Assembly: GCA_963749495.1 (NCBI GenBank)
Contig: CAVVMW010000001.1
Span: 448,001-512,000, forward strand
Source: an uncultured bacterium
GTDB taxonomy: Bacteria; Verrucomicrobiota; Verrucomicrobiia; Limisphaerales; UBA8199
Reading direction: 5' to 3'
DNA: 64,000 nucleotides
This document shows positions 49,656 through 60,025 of the stretch, piece by piece. Numbering within the stretch: the stretch's first letter is position 1; each line of letters starts with the position of its first letter. A model generated the notes under the pieces. The model was not told the origin of the DNA, made no database searches, and saw only the letters and a list, made by a program, of their open reading frames with translations. Made by a program: the position numbers and the translations under genes.

Positions 49656-51206
49656 TCAGAGCCCTCCGACGGCGCGGCTCAAGGCGTATTGGGCCTTGTT
49701 GTGCTCGGCCAGGGCGGTGACGTAATCGGAACGGGCGTTGGTCAGGTCCTGCTGGGCCTGGATGTCTTCGAGGACGGCGCCGACGCCGAATTGTTTGCGT
49801 TGGCGGGTGAGGCGGAGGGTTTCGGAGGCGGTGGCCAGGTTGCGCCTGGCCAGGTCGATTTGAGCGGCGGTCGAGCGCACCCGCGCCAGGGTGGCGACGA
49901 CTTCGGAGGTGATGGCGTCCTGGAGCTTCGATTGGCCCAGACGGGTGGCCGCCAGCCGGGCCTTGCTGGCGTTGACGCGTCCGGAATCGAACAGCCCGCC
50001 CGGGCCGATGCGCCAGCTCAAGCCCACGGCGTAGTTGCCTTCCGGGCCGAGATTGGAGGGGCCGCTGTCGGGGCCGCCGCCCAGGGCGCCGCCGAAGACC
50101 TGTGCGCCCAGCGAAGGGACCAGCGGGCCATAAACGGCGCCGTCCTTGGCCGCGCGCGCTGCCGAGAGCAGGGCCTGGCTTTGCTTGACCTCGGGACGCG
50201 ACCTCAGCGCCTGCACCACCAGGCCATCCATTGAAACCTCGCTCCCGAAGAGCGTCAGCGGCGCCAACTCGCCCTCTTGCGGGACCAACTCCACCCTCGA
50301 GTCCAGGTGCAGCACCCGCGCCAATTCCGCCGCCGCCACGCGTTGCCGTTCCAGGGCCTGTTGGAGGGCCACTTCGTGCCGTTCCGTTTGCGTCTGCACA
50401 CGCAGTTCGTCTCCTTTAAAGGCGATGCCGGCGGCCACGGCTACGTGCAATTGTTCCTGGTAATCCCTCGAAATGCGAATAGCCTCCTCGACCACTCCCG
50501 CCAGCGCCTTGGCCTTGGCCAGGTCGAAGTATCCCTGGGCCGCGCTCAATGTGGACTCTTGCCGTTGGGCTTCCAGGGCCTGGTCCGAGGCCCTGACCAG
50601 TTGCCGGGCGGCCAGGGAGTTGTAAATGGCGTTGCCCAGGCTGACCTGGGCCGCCACGGCGGCTCCGGGGGAATAACTCTGGAAATGGGCATCGGAGATC
50701 GTCCCGGCGGGCACGGCCTGTGCGACGCCATCGCGGCGGTGATAGGCGGCGCCGGGGGCAACCCAGGGGAAGAATTGCTCGAGGGCGCTCAGGCGGTTGG
50801 CCTGGGCCTCTTTGAGGCGTTCTTGGGCGATGCGGATGTCCAGGTTTTGGGCCCCGGCCAGCCGCAGGGCCGCAGGGAGGTCAATGGGGAAGACGGAGTT
50901 GGTTGGCGCGGGCGGCGCCGCGGCGGCAGGAGCGACGCGGTTCGTCACAGCCGGGCCGGAGGCCTCAGACTGCGCATCCAGAGGCCCCGGCCCCAGGGGA
51001 ACGGTGCAGACAAAGTTGGCAAGGACAAGGAACCGGACGGGCGCCGCCCGGCGCGGAGCGTTTTGGACTGCGGCAGTCCTCTGCCGCTTTTTGGACCGTG
51101 GGGATGCGAAAGCGGCAGAGGACTGCCGCAGTCCAAAACCTTGCGGGTTCGGGGTCGGTTCATGGAGAGCCCCGCGGGCGCTTGGTCTGCACACCGTCAT
51201 TCTCAT
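49656..51206 (-). CDS. TolC family outer membrane efflux protein
   Basis: IDLPAALRLAGAQNLDIRIA; helical OEP repeats; ATG 51206 overlaps MFP stop. Confidence 0.9.
   Translation of the reverse strand: MRMTVCRPSARGALHEPTPNPQGFGLRQSSAAFASPRSKKRQRTAAVQNAPRRAAPVRFLVLANFVCTVPLGPGPLDAQSEASGPAVTNRVAPAAAAPPAPTNSVFPIDLPAALRLAGAQNLDIRIAQERLKEAQANRLSALEQFFPWVAPGAAYHRRDGVAQAVPAGTISDAHFQSYSPGAAVAAQVSLGNAIYNSLAARQLVRASDQALEAQRQESTLSAAQGYFDLAKAKALAGVVEEAIRISRDYQEQLHVAVAAGIAFKGDELRVQTQTERHEVALQQALERQRVAAAELARVLHLDSRVELVPQEGELAPLTLFGSEVSMDGLVVQALRSRPEVKQSQALLSAARAAKDGAVYGPLVPSLGAQVFGGALGGGPDSGPSNLGPEGNYAVGLSWRIGPGGLFDSGRVNASKARLAATRLGQSKLQDAITSEVVATLARVRSTAAQIDLARRNLATASETLRLTRQRKQFGVGAVLEDIQAQQDLTNARSDYVTALAEHNKAQYALSRAVGGL
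51060..51139. repeat. Palindromic element family A, copy 4 (inside TolC-family ORF)
   Basis: Encodes GFGLRQSSAAF...KKRQRTAAVQN on minus strand. Confidence 0.9.
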
Positions 51207-52438
51207 TTGCTTTCCAAGGGCTGGACGGCCTGGCCGTCGGTGAACGTCCGTTTGCCGGCGAGGATGACGGGTTGGGCCGGGTCGAGGCCCCCGGCGATCT
51301 CGACCTGGGCGCCGTCGTTGAAGCCGGTCTGCACGGGCGTTTTCCTGGCCTTGCCGTCGAGGAGAGCGAAGACGGATGTGCCGGCCTTTTCCACGACCAG
51401 GGCTTGAACGGGCAGGAGGAGGGCCTGCGGTTTGCGCTCGACCTCCAACTGCACGCTGGCGTAAGCGCCGGGCCGGAGCGCGCCGTCCGGGTTGGGGAGC
51501 TCGATCTCGGTGAGCATGGTCTTGGTGGCTGAGTCGAGGGCGTGAGCGAAACGGGTGACGGTGCCGGGGAAGGTCCGCCCGGGCAGTTCGGCAAGTGTCA
51601 TCCGGGCGGGCACGCCGTTCTTGATGAATGGCACCTCGGGTTCCGGCACATAGACTTGGACGCGGACGCGGCTGTAGTCCATGAGCGTGAGCAGGGCTGC
51701 GGTTTGCGGGGTGGTCCCGGCTGTGGCGGCGGGTATGAAGGCGCCCGGGTCCACGAATCGCGCGGTAATTCTCCCGGAGAACGGGGCGCAGATATGGGCG
51801 TATCGAAGGAGGGTTTGGGTCCGCTGCAGCTTGGCCTGTGCGACCTCCCATTGGCCGCGCAGGTCGTCCACGGCCTGGGGCACGACCAGGTCCGGGGCCT
51901 CTTGCCGGGCCTGGGCCATGCGCTCGTAGTTGGTGCGGGCCACGGCGGTCTCGGCCTGGTACTGGGCCTGGTCGGCCTCCAGTTCGGGGACCTCGATCTG
52001 CGCCAGAAATTGGCCTTCCTGGACCGCGTCACCTTTGTCCACCGTGAGCGTCTGCAAGTAGCCGGAGACTTTGGCGTAGAGGGTCGCCTCTTGCAGCGCC
52101 AGGATACGGAAGCTCGGCAGCGTGATGCGGCGGGCGATTTCACTGCGCCTGGGGAGCACCGTCTGGACCGTGACCGGCGCCGGAGGGCTGTGCGCGCCCT
52201 GGTCCGAGGGGCCGCAACCGCAGAGGGCGCAGGCCAGGCAGAGAGCCTCGATGATGTTGGCATCGTGCACGGGGACGCTGAACCGGCAGCGCGTTGCCCA
52301 CCGCGAAGCGTCTTGGACTGCGCCAGTCCTCTGGCGCTTTTTGGACGCTGGGGACGCGAAAGCGGCAGAGGACTGCCGCAGTCCAAAACCTTGCGGTGTT
52401 GGCGGTGGCTCATTTGGGATTTCGGATTTCATTGTCAT
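51203..52438 (-). CDS. RND efflux periplasmic adaptor (MFP)
   Basis: LYAKVSGY...VDKGD.V, APFSGRITAR.VDPG, LDSATKT and LRPGAYA; ATG overlaps RND stop. Confidence 0.93.
   Translation of the reverse strand: MTMKSEIPNEPPPTPQGFGLRQSSAAFASPASKKRQRTGAVQDASRWATRCRFSVPVHDANIIEALCLACALCGCGPSDQGAHSPPAPVTVQTVLPRRSEIARRITLPSFRILALQEATLYAKVSGYLQTLTVDKGDAVQEGQFLAQIEVPELEADQAQYQAETAVARTNYERMAQARQEAPDLVVPQAVDDLRGQWEVAQAKLQRTQTLLRYAHICAPFSGRITARFVDPGAFIPAATAGTTPQTAALLTLMDYSRVRVQVYVPEPEVPFIKNGVPARMTLAELPGRTFPGTVTRFAHALDSATKTMLTEIELPNPDGALRPGAYASVQLEVERKPQALLLPVQALVVEKAGTSVFALLDGKARKTPVQTGFNDGAQVEIAGGLDPAQPVILAGKRTFTDGQAVQPLESK
52310..52389. repeat. Palindromic element family A, copy 5 (inside MFP ORF)
   Basis: Encodes GFGLRQSSAAF...KKRQRTGAVQD on minus strand. 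Confidence 0.9.
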
Positions 52439-55400
52439 GCGGCGTCTGCTGTCGCGCTGTTGGGGTCGGTGGGGTCCAGCGAGGCGGAGCGGCGGTGGGC
52501 GCGGGCCTGGACGAGTGAGAAGAGGGCGGGCAGGACCAGGAGGGTGGCCAGCGTGGCAAAGGCCAGCCCGCCCACCACCGCCCGGCCCAATGGGGCGGTC
52601 TGCTCCCCGCCCTCGCCGAGACCCAGCGCCATGGGCACCATACCGGCCATCATAGCCAGGCTGGTCATCAGGATCGGGCGCAAGCGGCTGCGTGCCCCTT
52701 CCACGGCGGCGTTGGCGGCGCTGGCCCCGGCCAGCCGGCTCCGTTCTGCAAAGGTCACCAGCAGAATCGCATTGGCCACCGCCACGCCCACCGCCATGAT
52801 GGCCCCCATGAACGATTGGAGGTTGAGCGTCGTGCCGGTCGCCCGGAGCATGAGCAGGACGCCCGCGATAACGGCCGGCGCGGTCGAGACCACCAGGAAC
52901 GAGAGTTTGAGGGACTGGAAATTGGCTGCCAGCAACAGGAAGATGACGGCAATGGCCAGCAACAGCCCCGTGCGCAGGCCATCGAGCATCTGCTGCAATG
53001 GCACGACCTGGCCGCGGACCGTGACGCTGATGCCCGGCGGCGGCGTGCCCAGTTCCCGGAGCGCATCGCGCACCTGCGCCGCCACGCTGCCCAGGTCCGC
53101 GCCCGCCAGGTTGGCCGTCACCGTCACCATCCGCTGCATGTTGTAGCGCTCATACTGGCCCACGGCGCTGCCCTCCGAGACGGCGGCCACATTGCGCAGC
53201 AGCAGCGCCTGGCCGCCACGGCCCAGGACCGGCACGTTCTGCGCCGCTTCGAGCGAGTCCATCCGGGCCTGCGGCACTTGGACCTGGACCTGGTAGGCGA
53301 CGCCGCTGTTCGTATCGGCCCAATAATTGGGCACGACAAACCGGCTGGAGGAGGTCGCGGTGACCAGGGCGCGCGAGACATCGTCCATCTTCACGCCCAT
53401 CAACCCGGCCTTCTCGCGGTCCACATTGACATCCACCGTGGGGTACTCCAGCGACTGGCCGAACTGCACGTCGCGCAACGAGGCAATCTGCTGCAGCCGC
53501 GCCCTGAGCTTTTCGGCGAAGGCGCGGTCCGCCCCCAGGTCCTGGCCGCTCACCGCGACTTCGATCGGCGTAGGCGAGCCCAGGCTCATCACCCGGCTCA
53601 CGATATCGCCGGGCTCGAAGGAAAAGGCGGCCTCCGGCAGCTTCTCGGCCAGGACCTTTCGCAGGCGTTCCTTGAGGGCCTCGATGCGGACCGGGGCCCC
53701 GCGCCGCAACTGGACCTGCAGCACGCCCTCCTCGGGGCCGCCGTTCCAGAGGTAAATGAAGTTGATCGGATACGACGCCCCATGGACGCCGATGAACCCG
53801 AGGCTGATTTGGACGTTGCCCGGTCCGGCCTCCTGTTTGATCAACTCGAGCGCCTGCAACGCCAGCGACTCGGTCCCGTGGATGCGCGTGCCCGGGGGCG
53901 CGCGCAGGCGCAGTTGGATCTGGCCCGCCTGGACTTGGGGGAGATCTCGGCGCCCAAGTGCCGGCCCGCCAGCCCGATGAGCGCCGCTGCCAGAACCACG
54001 TATGCGCCCGTCACGGCCCACCGCGCCCGGACCAGGCGGCGCCCCAGCCCGGCGTAGCGCTGCTGGAAGCGGGCGAAGCCGCTCTCGGCCGCCGCGTGGC
54101 CGGTGGCCGTCTCTTCGTGCCCGCGCAGCACCCAGACCGAAAGGATGGGGACCAATGTGCTGGAGAGCAGGTAGGAGGTCACCATCGCGAAGCCTACGGC
54201 CAGGGAGAGGGGCAGGAACATGGCCTTGGCGGCGCCGGCCATGAAGAGCGTGGGGCTGAAGATGGCCAGGATGCAGAGCATGGCCAACAGGCGCGGCACG
54301 GTGGTCTCGGTGGTGGCCTCCAGGGCGGCGCGGCCCAGGGAGCGCCCGCGCGTCAAGTGCGTGTGGATGTTCTCGATGGCCACGGTCGCCTCGTCCACCA
54401 GGATGCCCACGGCCAGGGCCAGCCCGCCCAGGGTCATGATGTTGACCGTCTGCCGCGTGAGCCACAACGCCAGGACCGAGCCCATCAGGGAGAGGGGGAT
54501 GTTCAGGACCACGATAAGGGCGCTGCGCCAGTCCCGCAGGAACAGCAGCACCATCAGGCCGGTCAGCACCGCGCCCAGCGCCCCCTCCAGCACCAGGCCG
54601 CCGATGGCCCGAGTCACGAACGGCGCCTGGTCGAATTCGTAGCTGACCTTGACATCGGGCGGCAGCACCGCCTGGAATTTCGGAAGGTTCTCCTTGACCA
54701 GGTTGACCACCGAGAGCGTGGAGGCATTGGCGCGCTTGGTGACCGGGATATAGACCGTGCGGCGGCCGTTGACCAGGGCGTAGCTGGTGACGATGTCCGA
54801 GCCGTCCACGACCGTGGCCACGTCCCGCAGGAAAATCGTCGGGAAGATCCCGGTGCGAATCGGCACGCCTTCGAGGTCTTTGATGTTCCGCACGACGCTG
54901 TTGAGCGGCACCATCGGGTATCTGCCGCCGATGGGCAGGTTGCCCGAGGGGCTGATGAGGTTGGCGGCCGTGACGGCGGCGACCACTTCATCGGGCGACA
55001 TTTGGCAGGAGCGCAGCCGGTCTGGGTCCGGGTTGATGACGATGCTCCGGGCGCTGCCGCCGAAGGGGGGCGGGGCCGAGACGCCCGGCAGCGTGGCAAA
55101 GAGCGGCCGCACCCGGTTGAGCGCCAGGTCCTGCATCTCGCCCACCGTCCGGCTGGCGCTGGCAAAGACCAGGTTGCCCACCGGCACGCTCCCCGCATCG
55201 AAGCGCATCACAAAAGGCGGGACCGTGCCCGGCGGCATGAAGGCCCGCGCCCGGTTCACATACGCCACGGTCTCCGACATCGCCTGCGACATGTCCGTGC
55301 CGGGATGGAACTGGAGCTTGAGCAAGGCGGCGCCCTGGATGGACTTGGATTCGACGTGCTCGATGCCGGTGATGTAGAGGAAGTGGTACTCGTAATAATA

Positions 55401-55592
55401 GGTGAGGTAGCCTTCCATCTGGGCCGGGTCCATGCCGCCGTAGGGCTGCGCAACGTAGAGGATGGGAATCCCCAGCGTGGGAAAGATGTCCCGCGGCATC
55501 TGCCGCAGCGCCAGGGCTGCGCCCAGCGCCACCGCGAGCACCGCCACCACAATCGTCAGGGGGCGGCGCATTGCCGACTGGACCAGGTTCAT
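52435..55592 (-). CDS. RND efflux permease AcrB/CzcA family (apparent frameshift near 53940)
   Basis: [24 protein letters not shown] in the first frame; [11 protein letters not shown] and PLGRAVVGG in the second. Confidence 0.93.
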
Positions 55593-55696
55593 AAGGGTTT
55601 CGGGAGGGCTGCCAACACGCTCCCGGCGCAAAGCGCGCCGGCCGGACCAGGCGCCTGGCAGCCTTCATCCTGATTACCGTCTTTGCCGGCTAACCT

Positions 55697-58600
55697 TCAC
55701 CGGCATGGGGGCGATGTCAAGGTCACTGCGCTGCTGGCCTTTCCATGCGTGTGCCAGTGAAGGAGCAGGGCAGCGGTCCGTTCCTGCAACGACTGCGTGC
55801 CGGTGCGCGATGCCGCAAGCCTGGCGAACAACTCCCCGGCCCGGGTCAGCCGCTCCTGGAGCATAACAGCGCATTTGCAGCAGTCACCGGCGCTTTCCGG
55901 CAGGCGGGTCTGGCCATGGATTCCGAGGCGGGCGAGTTCAGCAACCAGGGCGGCTTGTTCGGGGCTGGCGTATTCAGACTGCCGGGTCTCTTTGCCCGAT
56001 TTGAAGATCACCGCGTTGGGATGAAATAGATCGCCTGCGCCCAGCGCCTGAGGTTTGCCTTCGGGGATCTCGACCGGCGTTACTGCCGGAAAGACGGACG
56101 CAAACCATTCCGACACGGCCACGCTCCTCTCCTCGTCCGAGAGCGAATGCCAGATGCTTTGAGCCAGGTCGTGCGCGTCCAGACGGCGCCCGTTGTTCCC
56201 GGCACGGTCCTCCATGGCCTGAATGTCCTGCGTGCGCTGGAACCGGTAGTACTTCGCCGTCTCCCGGTAGAGTTCATCGAGCAGCTCCGCCCGCTGTTTC
56301 GCGTCGGTGACGCCGATGAGTTCGAGCACACAGTTGTCCAGTTCGCGGCGGTCAGGCCGCTGCAGCTCGAGCGGCAGTTGAGGCGGCGTGCGCAGGATCT
56401 CGCGCATCGCCTCTTGCGAGTGGCATTGGAGCATCGCCTCCTCGACCAGGTGCGTCACTTCGCGGTGGGTCATGCGCTCCAGGGCTGCGGCCAAGCGCTG
56501 CGCAAGGCCAGGGGACACTCCGCGTGGATCGGGGAGCTCCAGCAAAACGGTGTCAACCACTTCAGTCTTCAGCGTGCCCTCCGAACCGGCGTAGCGGCCG
56601 TAGAAATGCTTGAACAACGCGACTATGGTGCCGTTGAGCACCGCGGCCAAGGACCGAGCCTCGTCGGGGTTGAGCTCCGGAGTCCGCAGGTAGAAAAGGT
56701 TGTGGTTGCAGACCAAGCCCTCGGGGTTGGCGGGAGCGATGTGGCGGTACTTTTGCGCCATCGGCCAGAGCACAGTCCCGGTGCCCGCGCTCGTCATGTC
56801 GTACCAGAGCGGGCGCGCGGCGCAGGTTGAACGCGCCGGCACGACCACCGCCTGCGATTTCCTTGATTCGAACGTCTGCCTCCCTCCCCAATTGATGTAC
56901 TTGCCGACATAGGTGCGTGAGAGCGTCCGAACGGGCTGACTCACCCAAAGCACGAGACGGTCGAGGTCCGCGGAACGAACAACCGGGCGGTCCACTTCCA
57001 TGAGGCTGTGGACCTCGGGGCGCAGAAACTCGGTTTCAATGGGGTGCAGCGTGTTGTCGCCGGCCCGCACGATGCGGACCTTGCCGCTTTCGACCTCGCT
57101 CCGTTTGCAGGGCGTCATCAGGCCAATATCATTCCACGGCACTCCCCCCTTCACCTGCTCGAGGACTTGAGCCGTGACGTCGTGCGGCATGAAGAAAGCA
57201 TCGCAGCCGCTGGTGATGCCGCGCCGCACCTCCGCGACCTCGCCGAGCCTGACGAGGCGGTTGCCGTAATCACGGATCAAGCGGAAACACAGATCGGGGG
57301 CGCGAAGAAAACGCCCCCACTTGCCGGCGGCGTAGCTCTGGCCGATGCGATACAAGGCCGCGGCCTCCTTGAGCTGGCCGGCTTCATTCTCGTTGTTGGC
57401 TCTTTCGTCGTCTTCTGCGCCAGGCTCAGTTGCCGGCGCTCCCTTGAGCAACTGGCCCGCCCGAACGCCCTCTTCCCAGAGTTGCGCCTGCGTCACTGGA
57501 ATGATCCGCAGGTTCTCGTTCGCCAGCGGCTGATTCGCCTGGAGAATCAAGCGCCGGAGCCATTCAACGGCCGTCTGCCGGCTGGCTTCGTCGCCATGTG
57601 GGCGATCGCCGAGAATCTCCGCGACCGGCTTCAAGAAGCGCACGAATTTCACGACGTTCGCCATCCGTTGCTTTTGATCGTCGCACCGCTGGAGGATGGT
57701 GATTGCCGTCTTGACGCGCGCGTCCTGGAACCACGGCTCATCCAGGCTCTCGATCACCGCCAGCAATTTGAAATTCTGCAAAATCCAGCCTTGCAGGGCG
57801 AAGCCGTACTCGACATCCAACCAACTCGAAGAGGTGAGAAAGCCGAAGTGACCGCCCTCTTTCAGGAAACTGGCGGCTACCGGCCAAAAGTAGCAGTGCA
57901 GGTCGCTTCGCCCGGAGGGCCTGAGCCCCGGCCAGAGGTCTTTGCACAGGTCGCGCAAAAAGTCCTTCGTGGTCTTGAGGCGCGCCTCATGAGCGGCTTC
58001 GGCCTGCCCAGGAAGGCGTTTGAGCTCCCTGCGCCTGGGAATGTGCTCCTGGCGGACATAGGGCGGGTTGCCGACGACGGCATCCAGAGCGGGGAGCGGC
58101 ACGGGGATCATCTCCCTGTCCCGGCCAGGCGAGCGCAGGCCGGGAACGGCGCAAAATTGATCCCGCCGCTCGGGGATAGCGAAGAAATTGTTGCGGGCAA
58201 TGCACGGGTAGTTCTCCTCGTCCTCGATGTGGCGCGCGGCGAGGTTGAGCGTTGCCAGGTGCGCGGCGAAGACCGCGATGTCGCAGCCAAAGACCTCGCG
58301 GAGCAGTTCCTGGTGCGATTTGGGGGCGTCGAGATTTCGCGGGCCGCCGCGGCGTTGCCCTGAGAGCCAGGCCTTGCGGTGGTAGGCCCGAACCAGAAAG
58401 CTCCCGGAACCGCAAGCCGGGTCGAGGACCGTGTCTCCTGCGCGCCGAATGCAGAAGGCGTTGATGATGTCGACGATGTCCTCGTTGGTGAAAAATTGGC
58501 CGAACTTCTGCCGTTCCTCCGGGGCGATGAGCCGTTGGAAGATGTGGCCGATGACATCATAGGGGATCTTGCGGAAGTCGTATTCGGCCAGATGCGCCAG

Positions 58601-59587
58601 GACGCCTCTCCACCCTTGGCAGGCAAAATCCGACGCGAAGACCAGCGCGCCGGCCCAATCGCCGACCTGCGGATAGAACACCGGCTCGTAGTCGCCGGTC
58701 TCGAAGACGGCCCGCTGGAACCGGGTTCGGAAATAGTCGTAAATGCCCTGGTGGCCTTTGGGTCCGCGCCGCGGCATCTTCAATTCCGGCAGGTTTTCGG
58801 GATACCGCACGCGGATGGCCTCGTAGAAAATGGCGCGATTGGAAAAGACGTAGCAGAGAGTTCTCGCGGCATTGTCGAGGGTCCTGCGCCAGTTGTCGGG
58901 GTTGTCGGGGTCGAACGTCCAGTTCATCTCCTCCGACATCCATAGTTGCAGCTTCTGGGCGAATGCCGAGTCGCCCTGGCAGGCGGCCGCAAGATGATCG
59001 CGCGTGCCGGCCACCGGCCAGTCCAGGTGGCTTTCCAGGGAGCGGATGAAGATCTCATCGGGCGGCTTGCCCCACTCGCCTGCCCTGCCCAGCACGATTT
59101 CCGCGAATCGCGCGAAGAAATCCGGGAGGAACTGGTCGCGGATGCTGGCCTGCACCCCGGCGCGCCCGCAGTCCTCCGCCGAGGTCAGGCCCAGGCCGAG
59201 CTCCCAGTCGCGGACTCGCCTCTCGATCATGGGCAGCTTGTACCGGCTGCGGTCAAAGAGGACGAAGGTATTCACGTTCCAAGTGAAGAAGTAAGGCGCC
59301 TGCACGTTGTCGGCCTTGTTGAAGGCGTCCTGCATCAGGGCGCTGTCGTACGGACTGCGGCCCTCGGGCGTGCCGGGCATTTTCACCTCTCCGGTCAGCA
59401 CCGGCGTGCTGCTGCCCTTCCGGTAGATGCGGATGTCCTGGCGTTTGTAGTTGCCAACGCCGTATTCCTGTATTGCCGCCTGGGCAAACGGCCACTCGGG
59501 ATGCCGGCCAAATAGGGCATCTGCCCAGGATTTGACTTCCGCGCAAAAGCCGACTTCGTGAACCCGGACGTTGGTTGATCTGGCCAT
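55697..59587 (-). CDS. Fused endonuclease/N6-adenine methyltransferase (Type IIG-like restriction-modification enzyme)
   Basis: QDIRIY..TGEVKMP nuclease-like motif, GQFFT, VLDPACGSGSFL, VGNPPYVRQE, RRGITSG and TRD-like C-terminus. Confidence 0.88.
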   Translation of the reverse strand: MARSTNVRVHEVGFCAEVKSWADALFGRHPEWPFAQAAIQEYGVGNYKRQDIRIYRKGSSTPVLTGEVKMPGTPEGRSPYDSALMQDAFNKADNVQAPYFFTWNVNTFVLFDRSRYKLPMIERRVRDWELGLGLTSAEDCGRAGVQASIRDQFLPDFFARFAEIVLGRAGEWGKPPDEIFIRSLESHLDWPVAGTRDHLAAACQGDSAFAQKLQLWMSEEMNWTFDPDNPDNWRRTLDNAARTLCYVFSNRAIFYEAIRVRYPENLPELKMPRRGPKGHQGIYDYFRTRFQRAVFETGDYEPVFYPQVGDWAGALVFASDFACQGWRGVLAHLAEYDFRKIPYDVIGHIFQRLIAPEERQKFGQFFTNEDIVDIINAFCIRRAGDTVLDPACGSGSFLVRAYHRKAWLSGQRRGGPRNLDAPKSHQELLREVFGCDIAVFAAHLATLNLAARHIEDEENYPCIARNNFFAIPERRDQFCAVPGLRSPGRDREMIPVPLPALDAVVGNPPYVRQEHIPRRRELKRLPGQAEAAHEARLKTTKDFLRDLCKDLWPGLRPSGRSDLHCYFWPVAASFLKEGGHFGFLTSSSWLDVEYGFALQGWILQNFKLLAVIESLDEPWFQDARVKTAITILQRCDDQKQRMANVVKFVRFLKPVAEILGDRPHGDEASRQTAVEWLRRLILQANQPLANENLRIIPVTQAQLWEEGVRAGQLLKGAPATEPGAEDDERANNENEAGQLKEAAALYRIGQSYAAGKWGRFLRAPDLCFRLIRDYGNRLVRLGEVAEVRRGITSGCDAFFMPHDVTAQVLEQVKGGVPWNDIGLMTPCKRSEVESGKVRIVRAGDNTLHPIETEFLRPEVHSLMEVDRPVVRSADLDRLVLWVSQPVRTLSRTYVGKYINWGGRQTFESRKSQAVVVPARSTCAARPLWYDMTSAGTGTVLWPMAQKYRHIAPANPEGLVCNHNLFYLRTPELNPDEARSLAAVLNGTIVALFKHFYGRYAGSEGTLKTEVVDTVLLELPDPRGVSPGLAQRLAAALERMTHREVTHLVEEAMLQCHSQEAMREILRTPPQLPLELQRPDRRELDNCVLELIGVTDAKQRAELLDELYRETAKYYRFQRTQDIQAMEDRAGNNGRRLDAHDLAQSIWHSLSDEERSVAVSEWFASVFPAVTPVEIPEGKPQALGAGDLFHPNAVIFKSGKETRQSEYASPEQAALVAELARLGIHGQTRLPESAGDCCKCAVMLQERLTRAGELFARLAASRTGTQSLQERTAALLLHWHTHGKASSAVTLTSPPCR

Positions 59588-59765
59588 TGGAGTGGCGAGC
59601 CGCCTTTGTTTGTGGTTGCGTTCGGTTTCTTTTTCTCGCGGAATCCGGTTGTCCGGTCTTGCCCGGCTCCCCTCAGACTAAAGCGGGCCCGAACTCGCGG
59701 CAAACCCAAAACGCTTTCACCGGCTCGCGCGGGCACTCCGCGGGCGGTGCCGGGATGCGCGCTCC

Positions 59766-60016
59766 AGGGCCGGAGGCCCGTGATGTGATAGCCCGGGCTG
59801 GAGCGAAGCGGAGGCCCGGGTACACCAGTGCCCCGCGAAGAGCCCTGGCCTGTAGGGCCGGGACCTTATGGCGCCCCTGTAGGGGCGCCACAAGGCTCGG
59901 GAGCCTGGGCAAGGTGTCCCGGCCTTACAGGCCCAAGGCCGTTTCGAGGGGCAGTCGCTTACCTGGGCCTTCGCTTCGCTCCAGCCCAGGCTATCACATG
60001 ACGGGCCTTCGGCCTT
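59766..60016. repeat. Large composite palindromic element (family F)
   Basis: AGGGCCGGAGGCCCGTGATGTGATAGCCCGGGCTGGAGCGAAGCG ... CGCTTCGCTCCAGCCCAGGCTATCACATGACGGGCCTTCGGCCTT. Confidence 0.88.
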
Positions 60017-60025
60017 GCCGCCCCT

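Noticed and set aside
55697..59587. BREX PglX or DISARM methyltransferase
   Set aside because: No partner genes adjacent; a nuclease-like N-terminus fits a stand-alone Type IIG enzyme better.
59766..60016. Structured ncRNA, tRNA or riboswitch in the large hairpins (also 41049-41235)
   Set aside because: Symmetric DNA-type palindromes with no tRNA T/D-loop or riboswitch consensus that I could recognise; treated as REP-like repeats.
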